Assembly (NCBI GenBank): GCA_037446635.1
Contig: JBBIIG010000011.1
Span: forward strand, 311-64,310
Origin: a bacterium
GTDB lineage: Bacteria > Zhuqueibacterota > Zhuqueibacteria > Oceanimicrobiales > Oceanimicrobiaceae
Length of the DNA stretch: 64,000 bases
Direction: 5' to 3'
The translations under genes and the position numbers were made by a program. The notes under the pieces were generated by a model, which searched no databases, was not told the origin of the DNA, and saw only the letters and a list, made by a program, of their open reading frames with translations. Below are positions 16,846 through 26,324 of this stretch, piece after piece. Position 1 is the first letter of the stretch. Every line of letters starts with the position of its first letter.

Positions 16846-19655
16846 TCTGGCAGCAGCACGACTTTCACATAATTCTCTTTGTTGAAATAGCGCTGCGCCG
16901 CCTGTTGAATGGTTTCCAATTTGAGATTCGCAACTCGTTTTTCGTAGTCTAAAATTTCCTTCGGGTCATCTTGATATTCATAGTACGAGCGCAGAATGTT
17001 GAGCCAAAAGCCATTCTCTTTCAAGTCGGTTTCGCGCTTGCGGCGCTGGCTTTCCTTAACTTTGGCTAAATATTTTTCCGCAGTGCCAAAAGTTTTGAGG
17101 CTGTCGATTTGCTGAAAAACCGCAGCCGTCAACTCGTTCACACGCTCCGGTGCGCAACCAAACGAAATGTTGATGCTGTATTTTTCGTCGGGGTAGCGCG
17201 CCACCGAGGGCCACACGCCCACGCCGTAGGTTCCGCCCAAATCTTCGCGCAGCACCTCCCGCAGCTTGATGTCGAGTACGTCAGTCATGGAATTGAGCTC
17301 GTACGTGTTTTGGCGAGTCCACTGGAACGGGCCAGTGAAGATCATCGTCACCCGGCTCTTGGGCTCGACGCCTTTCTTCACCAATTTGTCGATGACGCCT
17401 TTTGGCGCATCTTTGCCAACGTCCTTCCACGTCTCATTTCTTTTGATGGCCGGCAACCCGCCGAGATACGTTTGCACCAACGGCTTGATGGCCGCCGGAT
17501 CAAAATTGCCGACAAACAGAAACGTGAAATCGCTGGCGTCAGCGAAGCGGTCACGATAAATGTTGAACGAAGTCTCGAGATTCATTTCATCTAACAGCGC
17601 TTCGGTCCACGGACGAGATCGAAAGTGATAGTTGGCCATTGTCACTTGAATCGTGTCCTGATATGCCGCCTCCGGGCTGGCGCCGCGGTTGCGGATGACT
17701 CCTTTGGTGCGCGACTGGAACGACAAAAACGCCGTGCTGTCTTTGCGCGGCGCGGTGAAGTAAAGATAGATCAACTGAAACATCGTCTCGATATCCTGCG
17801 GAGACGCGTTGCCGGAGAGCCCTTCCTGCAGCTCGTTGATCCACGGCGCCACGTTGACGATTTTGCCGGCTAATTTTTTCTGCAGCGCGATTTGATCGAA
17901 GCCATCGAGTCCGCCTTCTTGAATGAGCGCGGACGCCGTGACCGCGGCAACGTAATTGGAATCGGAGATCAGTGAATGTCCGCCCGGACTGAACGCGGTG
18001 AAGAGAATCTGATCGTTTTTGAAATCAGTAGGTTTGAGAATGACGCGCACGCCGTTGCTGAGCGTCCATTCCGTGACGCCCAATTCAGCGATGATTTTTT
18101 CTTCAGAAATATTTCCGGGAGTTGGCTGATCCGCCACCAGCGGCTGGTCGGAAACTTCATCGACGTACGGTTGAATTTCTTTTTGGTTGACCGACTCGAA
18201 CACTGCGGACAATTCGTCTTGCGTCGGAATGGCGAGCCCGGCTTTTTCGGGCGCACTCACCAGCACCACGCGGTTGCCATCGGTGATCCACTCGGTCGCC
18301 AGCCGGTTGACTTCCGCCAATTGAATGGTCGGTAAAAATTTTTTGTACAATTCAAATTCATATTGGATGCCGGGGATGGGTTCGTTCTCCAAAAAGTTGC
18401 GGATGTACTCGTCCGCGAACTGAACGGACTCGGTTTTGTCGCGCTCGTTGTATGCCTGCTCAATGCTGCGCAGCATCTCGATTTTTTCGCGATCCAACTC
18501 GGTTTGAGTGAAGCCGTGCTGCCGCACCCGCAGCGCTTCGGTGAGCAGCGTCTCCAGCCCTTTGGCAATGCCATCCTCTTTCACCGCCGCGCCCAAAAAA
18601 TAAAAATCTTTGGAGCGAATAAAACTGGCCTTGCTGGAAAAGCCGTACAGAAACGGCGGCGCCGGCGTTTGCAGCAATTCTTCGAGACGGTTGTTCAAAA
18701 TTGAATTATAAAGATTTTCGATCAACAGCTCTCGATACGCCGCGTGCGATTGCTGCTCGGTCAAATCCTGTTTGAAATAGAGACTAACTGTGGTGTTAGC
18801 GGCCTCGGGATCGCTGGCGATGGCAAACAAGGTTTCGCTGTGATCGGGAACAGGATAGTGCGGACGCTCGCGTTGAGGTTTCGACGCTTCAAGTTTTGAA
18901 AAATGTTTTTGAATCAATTTTTCGATAACCGTTTTATTGAAATCGCCGACGGCCACCACCGCCATCAAATCCGGACGATACCAATTTTCATAAAATCGCG
19001 TGCAGGCCTCGCGGGGCGCCGTCTCCAAGATTTCCTTTTTGCCGATGGGCAGACGCTGGGCGTAGCGCGACTCGTGAAATAGAATCGGCAGTTGTTTGTC
19101 CAACATGCGGGCGTTGGCGCCGCGGCCGAGACGCCATTCCTCCACTACCACGCCGCGTTCCCTTTCGATTTCAGTTGAATCGAAGGTGACGTTGTGCGCC
19201 CACTCCTCCAAAATTTGAAACGCGGTTTCGAGAATCTCGGCGCTGTCGGTGGGCACTTGCAGCATATAGACGGTTTCGTCAAAACTGGTGTAAGCGTTGA
19301 TATCCGGCCCAAAGCGCATGCCGATGGATTCGAGGTAATCGACGATTTCCTGCTTCGCGAAATTCTTGGTGCCGTTGAACGCCATGTGTTCCACGAAGTG
19401 CGCGAGACCCTGCTGGTCGTCGTCCTCCAAAACCGAGCCGGCATTCACCGCTAATCGCAGTTCGGCACGATTCTCCGGCTTTTTGTTTTCGCGGATATAA
19501 TAGGTGAACCCGTTCTCGAGTTTGCCGATGGTGATTTGGGGATCGACCGGCAGCGGGCGGTTCAGCTCTAATTCAGAATTTTTTGATTGGCTTTGGAGAG
19601 GATTCGTTACAATACAAAAAATCAGGATAATGAGCCGGCCTGAAAATTTTTTCAT
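16842..19655 (-). CDS. M16 zinc metallopeptidase (PqqL-like)
   Basis: Inverted zinc motif GLAHFVEHMAFNGT, NAYTSFDET, LREDLGGTY; signal peptide. Confidence 0.92.
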   Translation of the reverse strand: MKKFSGRLIILIFCIVTNPLQSQSKNSELELNRPLPVDPQITIGKLENGFTYYIRENKKPENRAELRLAVNAGSVLEDDDQQGLAHFVEHMAFNGTKNFAKQEIVDYLESIGMRFGPDINAYTSFDETVYMLQVPTDSAEILETAFQILEEWAHNVTFDSTEIERERGVVVEEWRLGRGANARMLDKQLPILFHESRYAQRLPIGKKEILETAPREACTRFYENWYRPDLMAVVAVGDFNKTVIEKLIQKHFSKLEASKPQRERPHYPVPDHSETLFAIASDPEAANTTVSLYFKQDLTEQQSHAAYRELLIENLYNSILNNRLEELLQTPAPPFLYGFSSKASFIRSKDFYFLGAAVKEDGIAKGLETLLTEALRVRQHGFTQTELDREKIEMLRSIEQAYNERDKTESVQFADEYIRNFLENEPIPGIQYEFELYKKFLPTIQLAEVNRLATEWITDGNRVVLVSAPEKAGLAIPTQDELSAVFESVNQKEIQPYVDEVSDQPLVADQPTPGNISEEKIIAELGVTEWTLSNGVRVILKPTDFKNDQILFTAFSPGGHSLISDSNYVAAVTASALIQEGGLDGFDQIALQKKLAGKIVNVAPWINELQEGLSGNASPQDIETMFQLIYLYFTAPRKDSTAFLSFQSRTKGVIRNRGASPEAAYQDTIQVTMANYHFRSRPWTEALLDEMNLETSFNIYRDRFADASDFTFLFVGNFDPAAIKPLVQTYLGGLPAIKRNETWKDVGKDAPKGVIDKLVKKGVEPKSRVTMIFTGPFQWTRQNTYELNSMTDVLDIKLREVLREDLGGTYGVGVWPSVARYPDEKYSINISFGCAPERVNELTAAVFQQIDSLKTFGTAEKYLAKVKESQRRKRETDLKENGFWLNILRSYYEYQDDPKEILDYEKRVANLKLETIQQAAQRYFNKENYVKVVLLPE

Positions 19656-19693
19656 CGGCGTTCCTTTTCTGGTGTGAATTGATATTTGCACCC

Positions 19694-19720
19694 GTAGGGC
19701 GTATGGCCATACGCCCCTAC
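19694..19720. repeat. GTAG REP flanking the RAYT 3' end
   Basis: GTAGGGCGTATGGCCATACGCCCCTAC. Confidence 0.85.
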
Positions 19721-19727
19721 GGGGTTG

Positions 19728-20297
19728 TCATTCAAAATTTTTCCAAAAATCTATTTCTTGCTGATCCGGTTTTCCTTCGAGATTCTCGCGATCAAATTGC
19801 CATCGCAATGGATTATACACACTGTATTCCCGAATACGATTCAATTCATGCTCGTTGCGAATAATGTGTTCGTAATAGTTTCGCTGCCAAACCGATGTGG
19901 AAAAACTTTTGCGTGCCTCGTTGATTTGTTTTGTAGTGGTGGATTTAAACCCTCTGACAATTGCACCTAAATTCTTTGATGGCGAGCGAAATGTGGTAGG
20001 GGCGTATGGCGATACGCCCCTACCGTCGTCGAGAATTAAGATGATCCCATGAACATGGTTAGGCATGATCACGGACTCATCCAAATCTACATTAGATCGA
20101 ATTTTCGGTGTCTTGTCCCATTCAGTTTTAATGATCTGACCGATGTGATTTAGGTGCATTTTGCCGTTAATGATTTCACCAAAGATGTTTTGGCGATCGT
20201 CGGTACAGATCGTCACGAAGTATGCTCCCGCTTGAGAATAATCGTATCCTTTCAAACGAATGGAACGGCGGTGATGTTTTTCAGAAGTATCGGTCAT
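19728..20297 (-). mobile_element. rayT: REP-associated tyrosine (HUH/Y1) transposase, RAYT
   Basis: RRSIRLKGYDYS, YFVTICT, HUH MPNHVH, WQRNYYEHIIR; flanked by REPs. Confidence 0.9.
19996..20023. repeat. GTAG REP inside the RAYT coding sequence
   Basis: GTAGGGGCGTATGGCGATACGCCCCTAC, read as GRGVSPYAPT. Confidence 0.85.
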
Positions 20298-20307
20298 CTG
20301 CAATTTC

Positions 20308-20335
20308 GTAGGGGCGTATGGCCATACGCCCCTAC
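20308..20335. repeat. GTAG REP flanking the RAYT 5' end
   Basis: Perfect 28-bp GTAGGGGCGTATGGCCATACGCCCCTAC. Confidence 0.85.
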
Positions 20336-20811
20336 CTAAAAAAATATCGAATGCCCACCGCTGCGCTCATGGTAAAATCGGTGCTGGGGACGAGTTCTAA
20401 AATGGGCACCACTTCGAGAAACACATCCAGCGTGACGTTTTCAAAATGATAAGCCAAGCCCACTGGCACGCGCACACCCAATCGCGTCTCGTCGTTATTG
20501 TTGCGGGGAGCGTCGTCGTCTCTCAATTTGATGCGGCCGCCGATGCCGTAGTAAAACGGCAGCGCGCCTTTATCGACTCTGATCAGACGAAAGTTGTGTT
20601 TAAGATAATCGACGTGAATGGTGAGAGAGTTGTAGCGCTCGAACGACCACGCCACCGCGAAATCCAACGCGCTGGATGGGCCAATCCAGCTTTTCAAACT
20701 GATACCCGTCGGCTCACCTAAAATGATGCCGACGCCGAAGCCGCGATTTTGCGCCGCCGCCGAATTGATGGTAATCATTAACAGCGGCGCGACGATCCAT
20801 TTTTTGCTCAT
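20332..20811 (-). CDS. Small outer-membrane beta-barrel (DUF3996-like)
   Basis: Signal peptide, GVGIILGEPTGISLK, terminal GIRYFF. Confidence 0.8.
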   Translation of the reverse strand: MSKKWIVAPLLMITINSAAAQNRGFGVGIILGEPTGISLKSWIGPSSALDFAVAWSFERYNSLTIHVDYLKHNFRLIRVDKGALPFYYGIGGRIKLRDDDAPRNNNDETRLGVRVPVGLAYHFENVTLDVFLEVVPILELVPSTDFTMSAAVGIRYFFR

Positions 20812-20909
20812 AAAATTTTTCGTTTGCAAGTTCGAGATTAATTTTATAATTTTTTCAGCGATAAACGCCACGAATATAAACTGATGGCCTTTGAATGTCA
20901 ATAAAAAAC

Positions 20910-21992
20910 ATGGACGGCTTTTTCATACGAATCGCCAATCGGGATTTTGGTCCGGTGTCGCTGGCCGCGCTCAAATACCTTGCCCACCGCGGCGATTTCA
21001 CCAGCGACGATCTGATCTGGAATGAAAGCAAAAGTGAGTGGGAAAATGCCGGCAGCCTTGACGAACTCAAAGATTGCTTCCACTCGCAGAACGGCCGCCG
21101 CTATCAGAACAAGTTGTACGCCGTGGCCAGCGGCAAGGGCGGCGTAGGCAAAACCGTGCTCACGGCAGCGATCGGGGTTGCGCTGGCCGCCAGGGGTAAA
21201 GAAGTAATTATGGTGGACGGCGATCTCGGCGGCCCCGATCTCCACACTTGCATGGGCATCCTCGAACCGCCGCTCACCTTTTTCGATTTTTACACCCTGC
21301 AAAAAGATTCCCTCAATGATATCGTGATTGACACGCCGGTGAAAAACCTGCGCATGATCAGCGGCTCGTGCGGCACCCTCGGCGTCGCCAATCCCAAATT
21401 TTTTCAAAAGCAGCGGTTCATCCGGGAATTGAAAACCCTCAAAGCCGATTTCATCATCCTCGATCTCGGCGCCGGCGCCGACTTCAACGTCATCGATTTT
21501 TTCCTGCTGGCGGAAGAGAAGCTGCTGGTGGTGACGCCGGAACCGACGTCGCTGCACGAGGCCTTCGGCTTCATCAAAATTTGTTTGCTGCGAGAGCTCA
21601 CCCGCGCGCTCAAAGGTCGTGCGCCGGCGCTGGAAATTCTCGCTAAAGACGAAGTCAACCGGCCCGGCAAAATTCGTTTGACCATCGCGGACCTTTTAAA
21701 AGAAATCGAAACGGTGGACGCGCCGGCCGGCGAAATCTTTCGCCAGGTGCTCGAGTCGTTCCGGCCGCGGTTAATTTTAAACATGGTAAAAGACTCCGAC
21801 GAGATCAAAGAAGGTCTGGCCATTCAAGCGGCGGCGCACGAGCTGCTGTCGGTGGACGTGCAATATTGGGGTCATATTTCCCTCGACCCGAAGGTGGCGG
21901 AGGCGGTGAAAGAATTCAAACCATTTTTGTTATATGATCCCAATTGCGCGGCGTCGCAGGAACTGTCTGCGCTGCTGCGGCTGTTGCGATAA
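20910..21992 (+). CDS. MinD/FlhG-family ATPase with N-terminal GYF_2 (DUF4339)-like domain, paralog 1
   Basis: FGPVS...DDLIW...W domain; SGKGGVGKT, DGDLGG, LDLGAG, PEPTS. Confidence 0.85.
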   Translation: MDGFFIRIANRDFGPVSLAALKYLAHRGDFTSDDLIWNESKSEWENAGSLDELKDCFHSQNGRRYQNKLYAVASGKGGVGKTVLTAAIGVALAARGKEVIMVDGDLGGPDLHTCMGILEPPLTFFDFYTLQKDSLNDIVIDTPVKNLRMISGSCGTLGVANPKFFQKQRFIRELKTLKADFIILDLGAGADFNVIDFFLLAEEKLLVVTPEPTSLHEAFGFIKICLLRELTRALKGRAPALEILAKDEVNRPGKIRLTIADLLKEIETVDAPAGEIFRQVLESFRPRLILNMVKDSDEIKEGLAIQAAAHELLSVDVQYWGHISLDPKVAEAVKEFKPFLLYDPNCAASQELSALLRLLR

Positions 21993-22022
21993 ATTAAAAC
22001 ATTTTGAAAGGAGGTTGATTTT

Positions 22023-22307
22023 ATGACCAACATCAAACCGCTGGGGGATCGCATTCTGGTCAAAAAATTGGAAGCGGCGACCCAAAAGGGCAGCATCATC
22101 ATTCCGGATACCGCCAAAGAGAAACCGCAACAGGGCGAAGTGATAGCGGTGGGCCCCGGCAAATTGGACAAAAACGGCAAGCGCATTGAGCCGCGCGTGA
22201 AAAAGGGCGACAAAATTTTATTCGGCAAATACGCCGGCGATGAGTGGAAAATGGGGAATGAGGAATACCTGTTTTTAACCGAGGACGAGGTGCTGGCGAT
22301 TTTGTGA
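22023..22307 (+). CDS. groES: Co-chaperonin GroES
   Basis: IKPLGDRILVK, IIIPDTAKEKPQQGEVIAVGPG, FGKYAG. Confidence 0.95.
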   Translation: MTNIKPLGDRILVKKLEAATQKGSIIIPDTAKEKPQQGEVIAVGPGKLDKNGKRIEPRVKKGDKILFGKYAGDEWKMGNEEYLFLTEDEVLAIL

Positions 22308-22318
22308 GCCGTTTGAAA

Positions 22319-22378
22319 ACGTTTACTAAACTTTTCCGCCAAAGCGGATCCGCCGAGTGGACAAAGTTTAGTAAACGT
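22319..22378. repeat. Nested palindromic element
   Basis: ACGTTTACTAAACTTT / AAAGTTTAGTAAACGT enclosing a CCGCCAAAGCGGATCCGCC core that recurs at about 24270, 24350 and 33219. Confidence 0.65.
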
Positions 22379-22389
22379 GAGTTAAATAG

Positions 22390-22423
22390 AAAAGCCCGAC
22401 TGCTAAGTTGGGCTTTTTATTTT
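22390..22423 (+). terminator. Intrinsic terminator after groES
   Basis: AAAAGCCCGAC-TGCTAA-GTTGGGCTTTT followed by TATTTT. Confidence 0.7.
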
Positions 22424-22809
22424 GGTATTACGCTCGCATAAATAGAATAGAAAGGTGAGTCCAGACAAACAGGAAGCACAGGTTAGACAAGTGAAATTTG
22501 AACATGCCGCTCCGAGAGTGAGCGATCAGCGGTTTGAGCGTCGCATCTTATTCAATACCCCCGTGTATTAACCGAATAGGTTTTCACCAATGGGAAAATG
22601 TCCTTGATTTATATGACAAAAAAAGAAAGTGAATCAAGAACAATTTTTCAGCGATTTGCGAGAGTATCATGTGAAATTGGCAGGCGACAGACGTAAGCTT
22701 CCCCTCTAAATCCTTTCCGCACTCACCTACCCACGAACGTACTCTTACAAAGTAACTTCAAATCCAATCTCGCCCCGGGGGAGGCAACACACAACGCTCG
22801 CTTACAGCT

Positions 22810-24138
22810 ATGGACGACCTCCTCATCAAAGTCAACGAAAACACCATCGGGCCGCTCTCCTTCAAAAAAGTCGAGAAGCTCGTGCACCAGGGCGTGCTCA
22901 CCTCCCACGATTTAGTTTGGGACGCCCGATTCGAACAATGGACTCCAGCGCAAACCATCCGCGAGCTGCAGCATCTGTTTGGCGCGCCGCCGGCGCGTGT
23001 CGCATCGCCTGTGTCTAATTTTTCCTCAGAACAGACCGGCTTTGCCAACAAACCAAAAATTTACGCTGTGGCCAGCGGTAAAGGCGGCGTGGGCAAAACC
23101 GTGCTCACCGCTTCGCTGGGGGTGGGACTCGCCACCATGGGCAGCGAGGTGATTTTGGTGGACGCCGATTTCGGCGGCGCTAACCTCCACACCTGCATGG
23201 GCATCCTCAAACCGGATTACAGCTTCGACGATTTTTACAGCAACCGCCAGCCCCTCAGCGATTTCCTGCTGGAGACGCCGGTGCGCAATCTGCGTATGAT
23301 CAGCGGCTCGTGCGGCTCCCTCAGTTTGGCTAATCCCAATTACCAACAAAAACAGCGTCTCATTCGCGCCCTCAAAACCTTGCAGGCCGATCACGTCATC
23401 ATCGATTTAGGCGCTGGCGCCGATTTCAACGTTATCGATCTTTTCCTGTTGGCGGATGAGCCGCTGCTGGTGGTTTCCAACGAGCCAACTTCCGTGCGGG
23501 AAGCGTTCGATTTTATCAAAGTGTGCACCTGGCGCGGCTTGCGCCACACGCTCAAAAATTATCCGCAAGCGCTGGACATCCTCGGCGGCGCGGAAATTCA
23601 TCGCCCCGGGCGCGAACAGCTTACCGTCGAAAACGTCGCCGCCATCATTCGCTCGGTGTCCTCCGAGGCCTATTTGATGGCGGTCAATTTTTTGAGATCG
23701 TTTCGCCCGCGCCTCATTCTCAATAAAATTCAGAGCAAAACCGACTTGGATGAAGGCGTCGCTATCGCCACCGCCGCCGCGGATCTGCTCTCCATTGAAG
23801 TCGATTACCTCGGATACATTTCTTATGATCCGCGCGTTTCCGACGCGGTCAAAAATTTTAAGCCCTTTCTTTTGTTTGATGCGCGATCGCGGGCGGCGCA
23901 AGATCTGGCCGCCTTAATTCGAGTGAAGTTGTTGGGGAAGAAAGGCTTCCGGGAAATGATCGAGAAGCGCCTTTGGCAGAGACAGGTAGCGGATTTTTCG
24001 CGAATCTATCCGCAAGTCGATTTACTGAAAGACGCCATCACCTGCTCGGACGCCTGTTTTTACTGGGAGAGCTGCGAGTTCAAAAACCCCCATCATCCCT
24101 GCCGCGTCCGCCATTTAGAATCCACCTTCCGGGACTAA
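22810..24138 (+). CDS. MinD/FlhG-family ATPase with N-terminal GYF_2-like domain and C-terminal Cys-rich tail, paralog 2
   Basis: IGPLS...HDLVW...W; SGKGGVGKT; tail CSDACFYWESCEFKNPHHPC. Confidence 0.85.
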   Translation: MDDLLIKVNENTIGPLSFKKVEKLVHQGVLTSHDLVWDARFEQWTPAQTIRELQHLFGAPPARVASPVSNFSSEQTGFANKPKIYAVASGKGGVGKTVLTASLGVGLATMGSEVILVDADFGGANLHTCMGILKPDYSFDDFYSNRQPLSDFLLETPVRNLRMISGSCGSLSLANPNYQQKQRLIRALKTLQADHVIIDLGAGADFNVIDLFLLADEPLLVVSNEPTSVREAFDFIKVCTWRGLRHTLKNYPQALDILGGAEIHRPGREQLTVENVAAIIRSVSSEAYLMAVNFLRSFRPRLILNKIQSKTDLDEGVAIATAAADLLSIEVDYLGYISYDPRVSDAVKNFKPFLLFDARSRAAQDLAALIRVKLLGKKGFREMIEKRLWQRQVADFSRIYPQVDLLKDAITCSDACFYWESCEFKNPHHPCRVRHLESTFRD

Positions 24139-24394
24139 TTACTAAGTGCCTCCGTTTCAGAAATATCTGTAGGGTTGGCTCTGCTGCCTCAATTTGTTGA
24201 CCCCATCCTAACCTTCTCCTATCAGGGGAAGGGATTTTATTCCCTCTCCTTTATATTAGGAGAGGGCTTCCGCCAAAGCGGATCCGCCTGCCTGCGCAGG
24301 CAGGCTTCGCGGAAGGGTGAGGTCTCAGGTATCCCTATCCGCCTTCAGGCAAAAGCGGATCTGCTCAGCGGACAAGCATTTTTGAAATGGTGTG

Positions 24395-24781
24395 CTAAGG
24401 GTTGGACTTAACCTCGACTTTGATCCACTCCGCGGCGCCGCCGTCTTTGCGCTCGTTGTTCACGTATTTGATCTCAACCCGGGCATCGGCGCGCAAATCC
24501 GCCAGCGTACCTTTTTGATTGCTAAGTTTCATGGGACTGCGATCCAACCAGATTTGGGTTTCGTCGCTGAGTTTGACTTTGTAACTCGCGGTCGAATCGG
24601 ACACCGTCAACATTTTTTGTTGGAGATCGAGGGACGCAATTTTGCCGATGCTGGTGAGCTTTCCCGACAGCCCCGGCGATTTGCCAATGGGGATGAAAAT
24701 TTCCGTGGCTTTTTGCGCCCGCGCAGACGCCGCGCCTAGCGCTAAAATAGCCGCGATTATTATTAGAGTTATTTTTTTCAT
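24395..24781 (-). CDS. Hypothetical secreted protein
   Basis: AGGAG RBS; signal peptide ending ARA. Confidence 0.75.
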   Translation of the reverse strand: MKKITLIIIAAILALGAASARAQKATEIFIPIGKSPGLSGKLTSIGKIASLDLQQKMLTVSDSTASYKVKLSDETQIWLDRSPMKLSNQKGTLADLRADARVEIKYVNNERKDGGAAEWIKVEVKSNP

Positions 24782-24824
24782 TTCTGAGTTCTCCTAAGTT
24801 TGAAAGTCTCGTTTTTTCGAGAAC

Positions 24825-24886
24825 CGGAGTGCAAAACTTAGTTTTGTGCGCCTGCCGGACGGGCGAGGCTGAAGCATTGCACTCCG
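24825..24886. repeat. GGAG-family REP doublet
   Basis: CGGAGTGCAAAAC...TTGCACTCCG ends. Confidence 0.65.
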
Positions 24887-24887
24887 T

Positions 24888-26228
24888 TTACTCCGAAATT
24901 TCCACCAGGTCAGCGCGCGCCAGTTTTTGCTGCTGAATGGCGTCGCGCACGTGTTTGTCTTTGAATAGGAAGCTATCCAATGCCTGCTCGGTTAGCCGGC
25001 GCGCTTCATTGAGATTTGCCACGGCCTGCGGGTGCAGACCGCCGCCGGCCAGCACGCGGATGCTGTCGTCGGTTTCTTCCAGCGCGCTTTGCAGCAAGCG
25101 ATCGGAGTCGCGGCCGCGTTCCAAACTGCTTTCCAAAAATTCGATGCTTTGGCGGATGTTTTCCAACGCATTCAACACGCGCAGGAACGCCGCCACCGCA
25201 ACAATCTGCGTCCCGTCTAACTCGATGCCGGCGCCGGTGGCCTGCGCCAAAAGCTGGCCCGCCGGCGAATTGTTGAAAGACTCGCCGTCGTAAAACGCCA
25301 CCGCGCCTTCGATGGTTTCGATTGAATTATTGTGGAAAAAGGGTCCGGAATCCGCGGCCTCGATGAGCGGCGGCGTGTTGAATTCGCCGTTGCCGGGGAT
25401 GCCGAAGCCATCGTCCGGCGGCACGAGTTCGCCCGTGAGCCGCGCTGGTTGATCTGGCAGCTCTTCCACGCCGGTGTCAAAATTGCGATTGTCGTTTGCG
25501 GCGCCAAAAATGGCGGGGTCGCCGTTGGCGCCGGCGTTGAAATGGCAGATGGAACATTTGCCCAGCGTGCGATCATTAAAAATCTCCTGCCCTCGCCGCG
25601 CCACGGTGCCTTTTAACGGCAGCGGCAAAGTTATTTCTTCCTGCCGGCCGAGGGAAAGTTGGAAGGCTTCGAGGGCGTCCAATTCCTCATCGGTGGGGAG
25701 ACGAAAATCCACGCCGGGCACACGATTCAAGGTTTTGGTGAAATGCTGAATCACCGCGCCGATGGCAAACGAACGCAGCGAGCCATCGCCGGGCGCGCCG
25801 TCGCCAGACCAGCCGGTGCGCGGACCGCTGCGGCTGTTGACGGAGGTGCCCAGCGCCAGCGTGTGCGGCACGCCGCGCATCACGAACTTGTTGGGCAGAT
25901 CATCGAAGCCGTCGAGGTTTTCTAAAATTAGCCCGAACTCGCGCATCAACCGCGGGTTCTCAAAATTTTCGCGAAGCTCCGGCACGAACTCGGCCACGAA
26001 CAGCGGATCGTTGTCTGGCAGCGCGGCGATGAACGCCGGGTCGATGGTGAAATTATTTTCAGCGGGATGGCAGGTGCCGCAGGTGCGGCCGTTGCCGTTG
26101 AAGGTTTCGTTGAAGAAAAGACCGCGGCCTCTGGCAATGAGCTTTTGTTCGGGCGAGGGTTCCGGCGGCGACTTACACGCCGAAATCGTCAGCCCCATCG
26201 CAATGACAAGCGTGATGAGTCTCTTCAT
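24888..26228 (-). CDS. Diheme cytochrome c peroxidase/MauG-superfamily lipoprotein
   Basis: Lipobox ISAC; CGTCH and CSICH; FNTPPL..PFFHN. Confidence 0.75.
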   Translation of the reverse strand: MKRLITLVIAMGLTISACKSPPEPSPEQKLIARGRGLFFNETFNGNGRTCGTCHPAENNFTIDPAFIAALPDNDPLFVAEFVPELRENFENPRLMREFGLILENLDGFDDLPNKFVMRGVPHTLALGTSVNSRSGPRTGWSGDGAPGDGSLRSFAIGAVIQHFTKTLNRVPGVDFRLPTDEELDALEAFQLSLGRQEEITLPLPLKGTVARRGQEIFNDRTLGKCSICHFNAGANGDPAIFGAANDNRNFDTGVEELPDQPARLTGELVPPDDGFGIPGNGEFNTPPLIEAADSGPFFHNNSIETIEGAVAFYDGESFNNSPAGQLLAQATGAGIELDGTQIVAVAAFLRVLNALENIRQSIEFLESSLERGRDSDRLLQSALEETDDSIRVLAGGGLHPQAVANLNEARRLTEQALDSFLFKDKHVRDAIQQQKLARADLVEISE

Positions 26229-26324
26229 CGGTTCCCCTCCTTTTGTAACAATAGTTGGAATCGTCAGTGTTTTTTAGAGGTACATTCGTGGATGAACGTA
26301 TTTTCTATGATCAACCGCTCTAGT

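Noticed and set aside
22456..22572. 38-codon ORF with a PilZ-like RxxxR
   Set aside because: Too short, no second PilZ motif, no continuing frame.
20910..24138. Canonical flagellar flhG or minD
   Set aside because: Extra N-terminal domain and no flhF/fliA/minCE context, so no gene symbol assigned.
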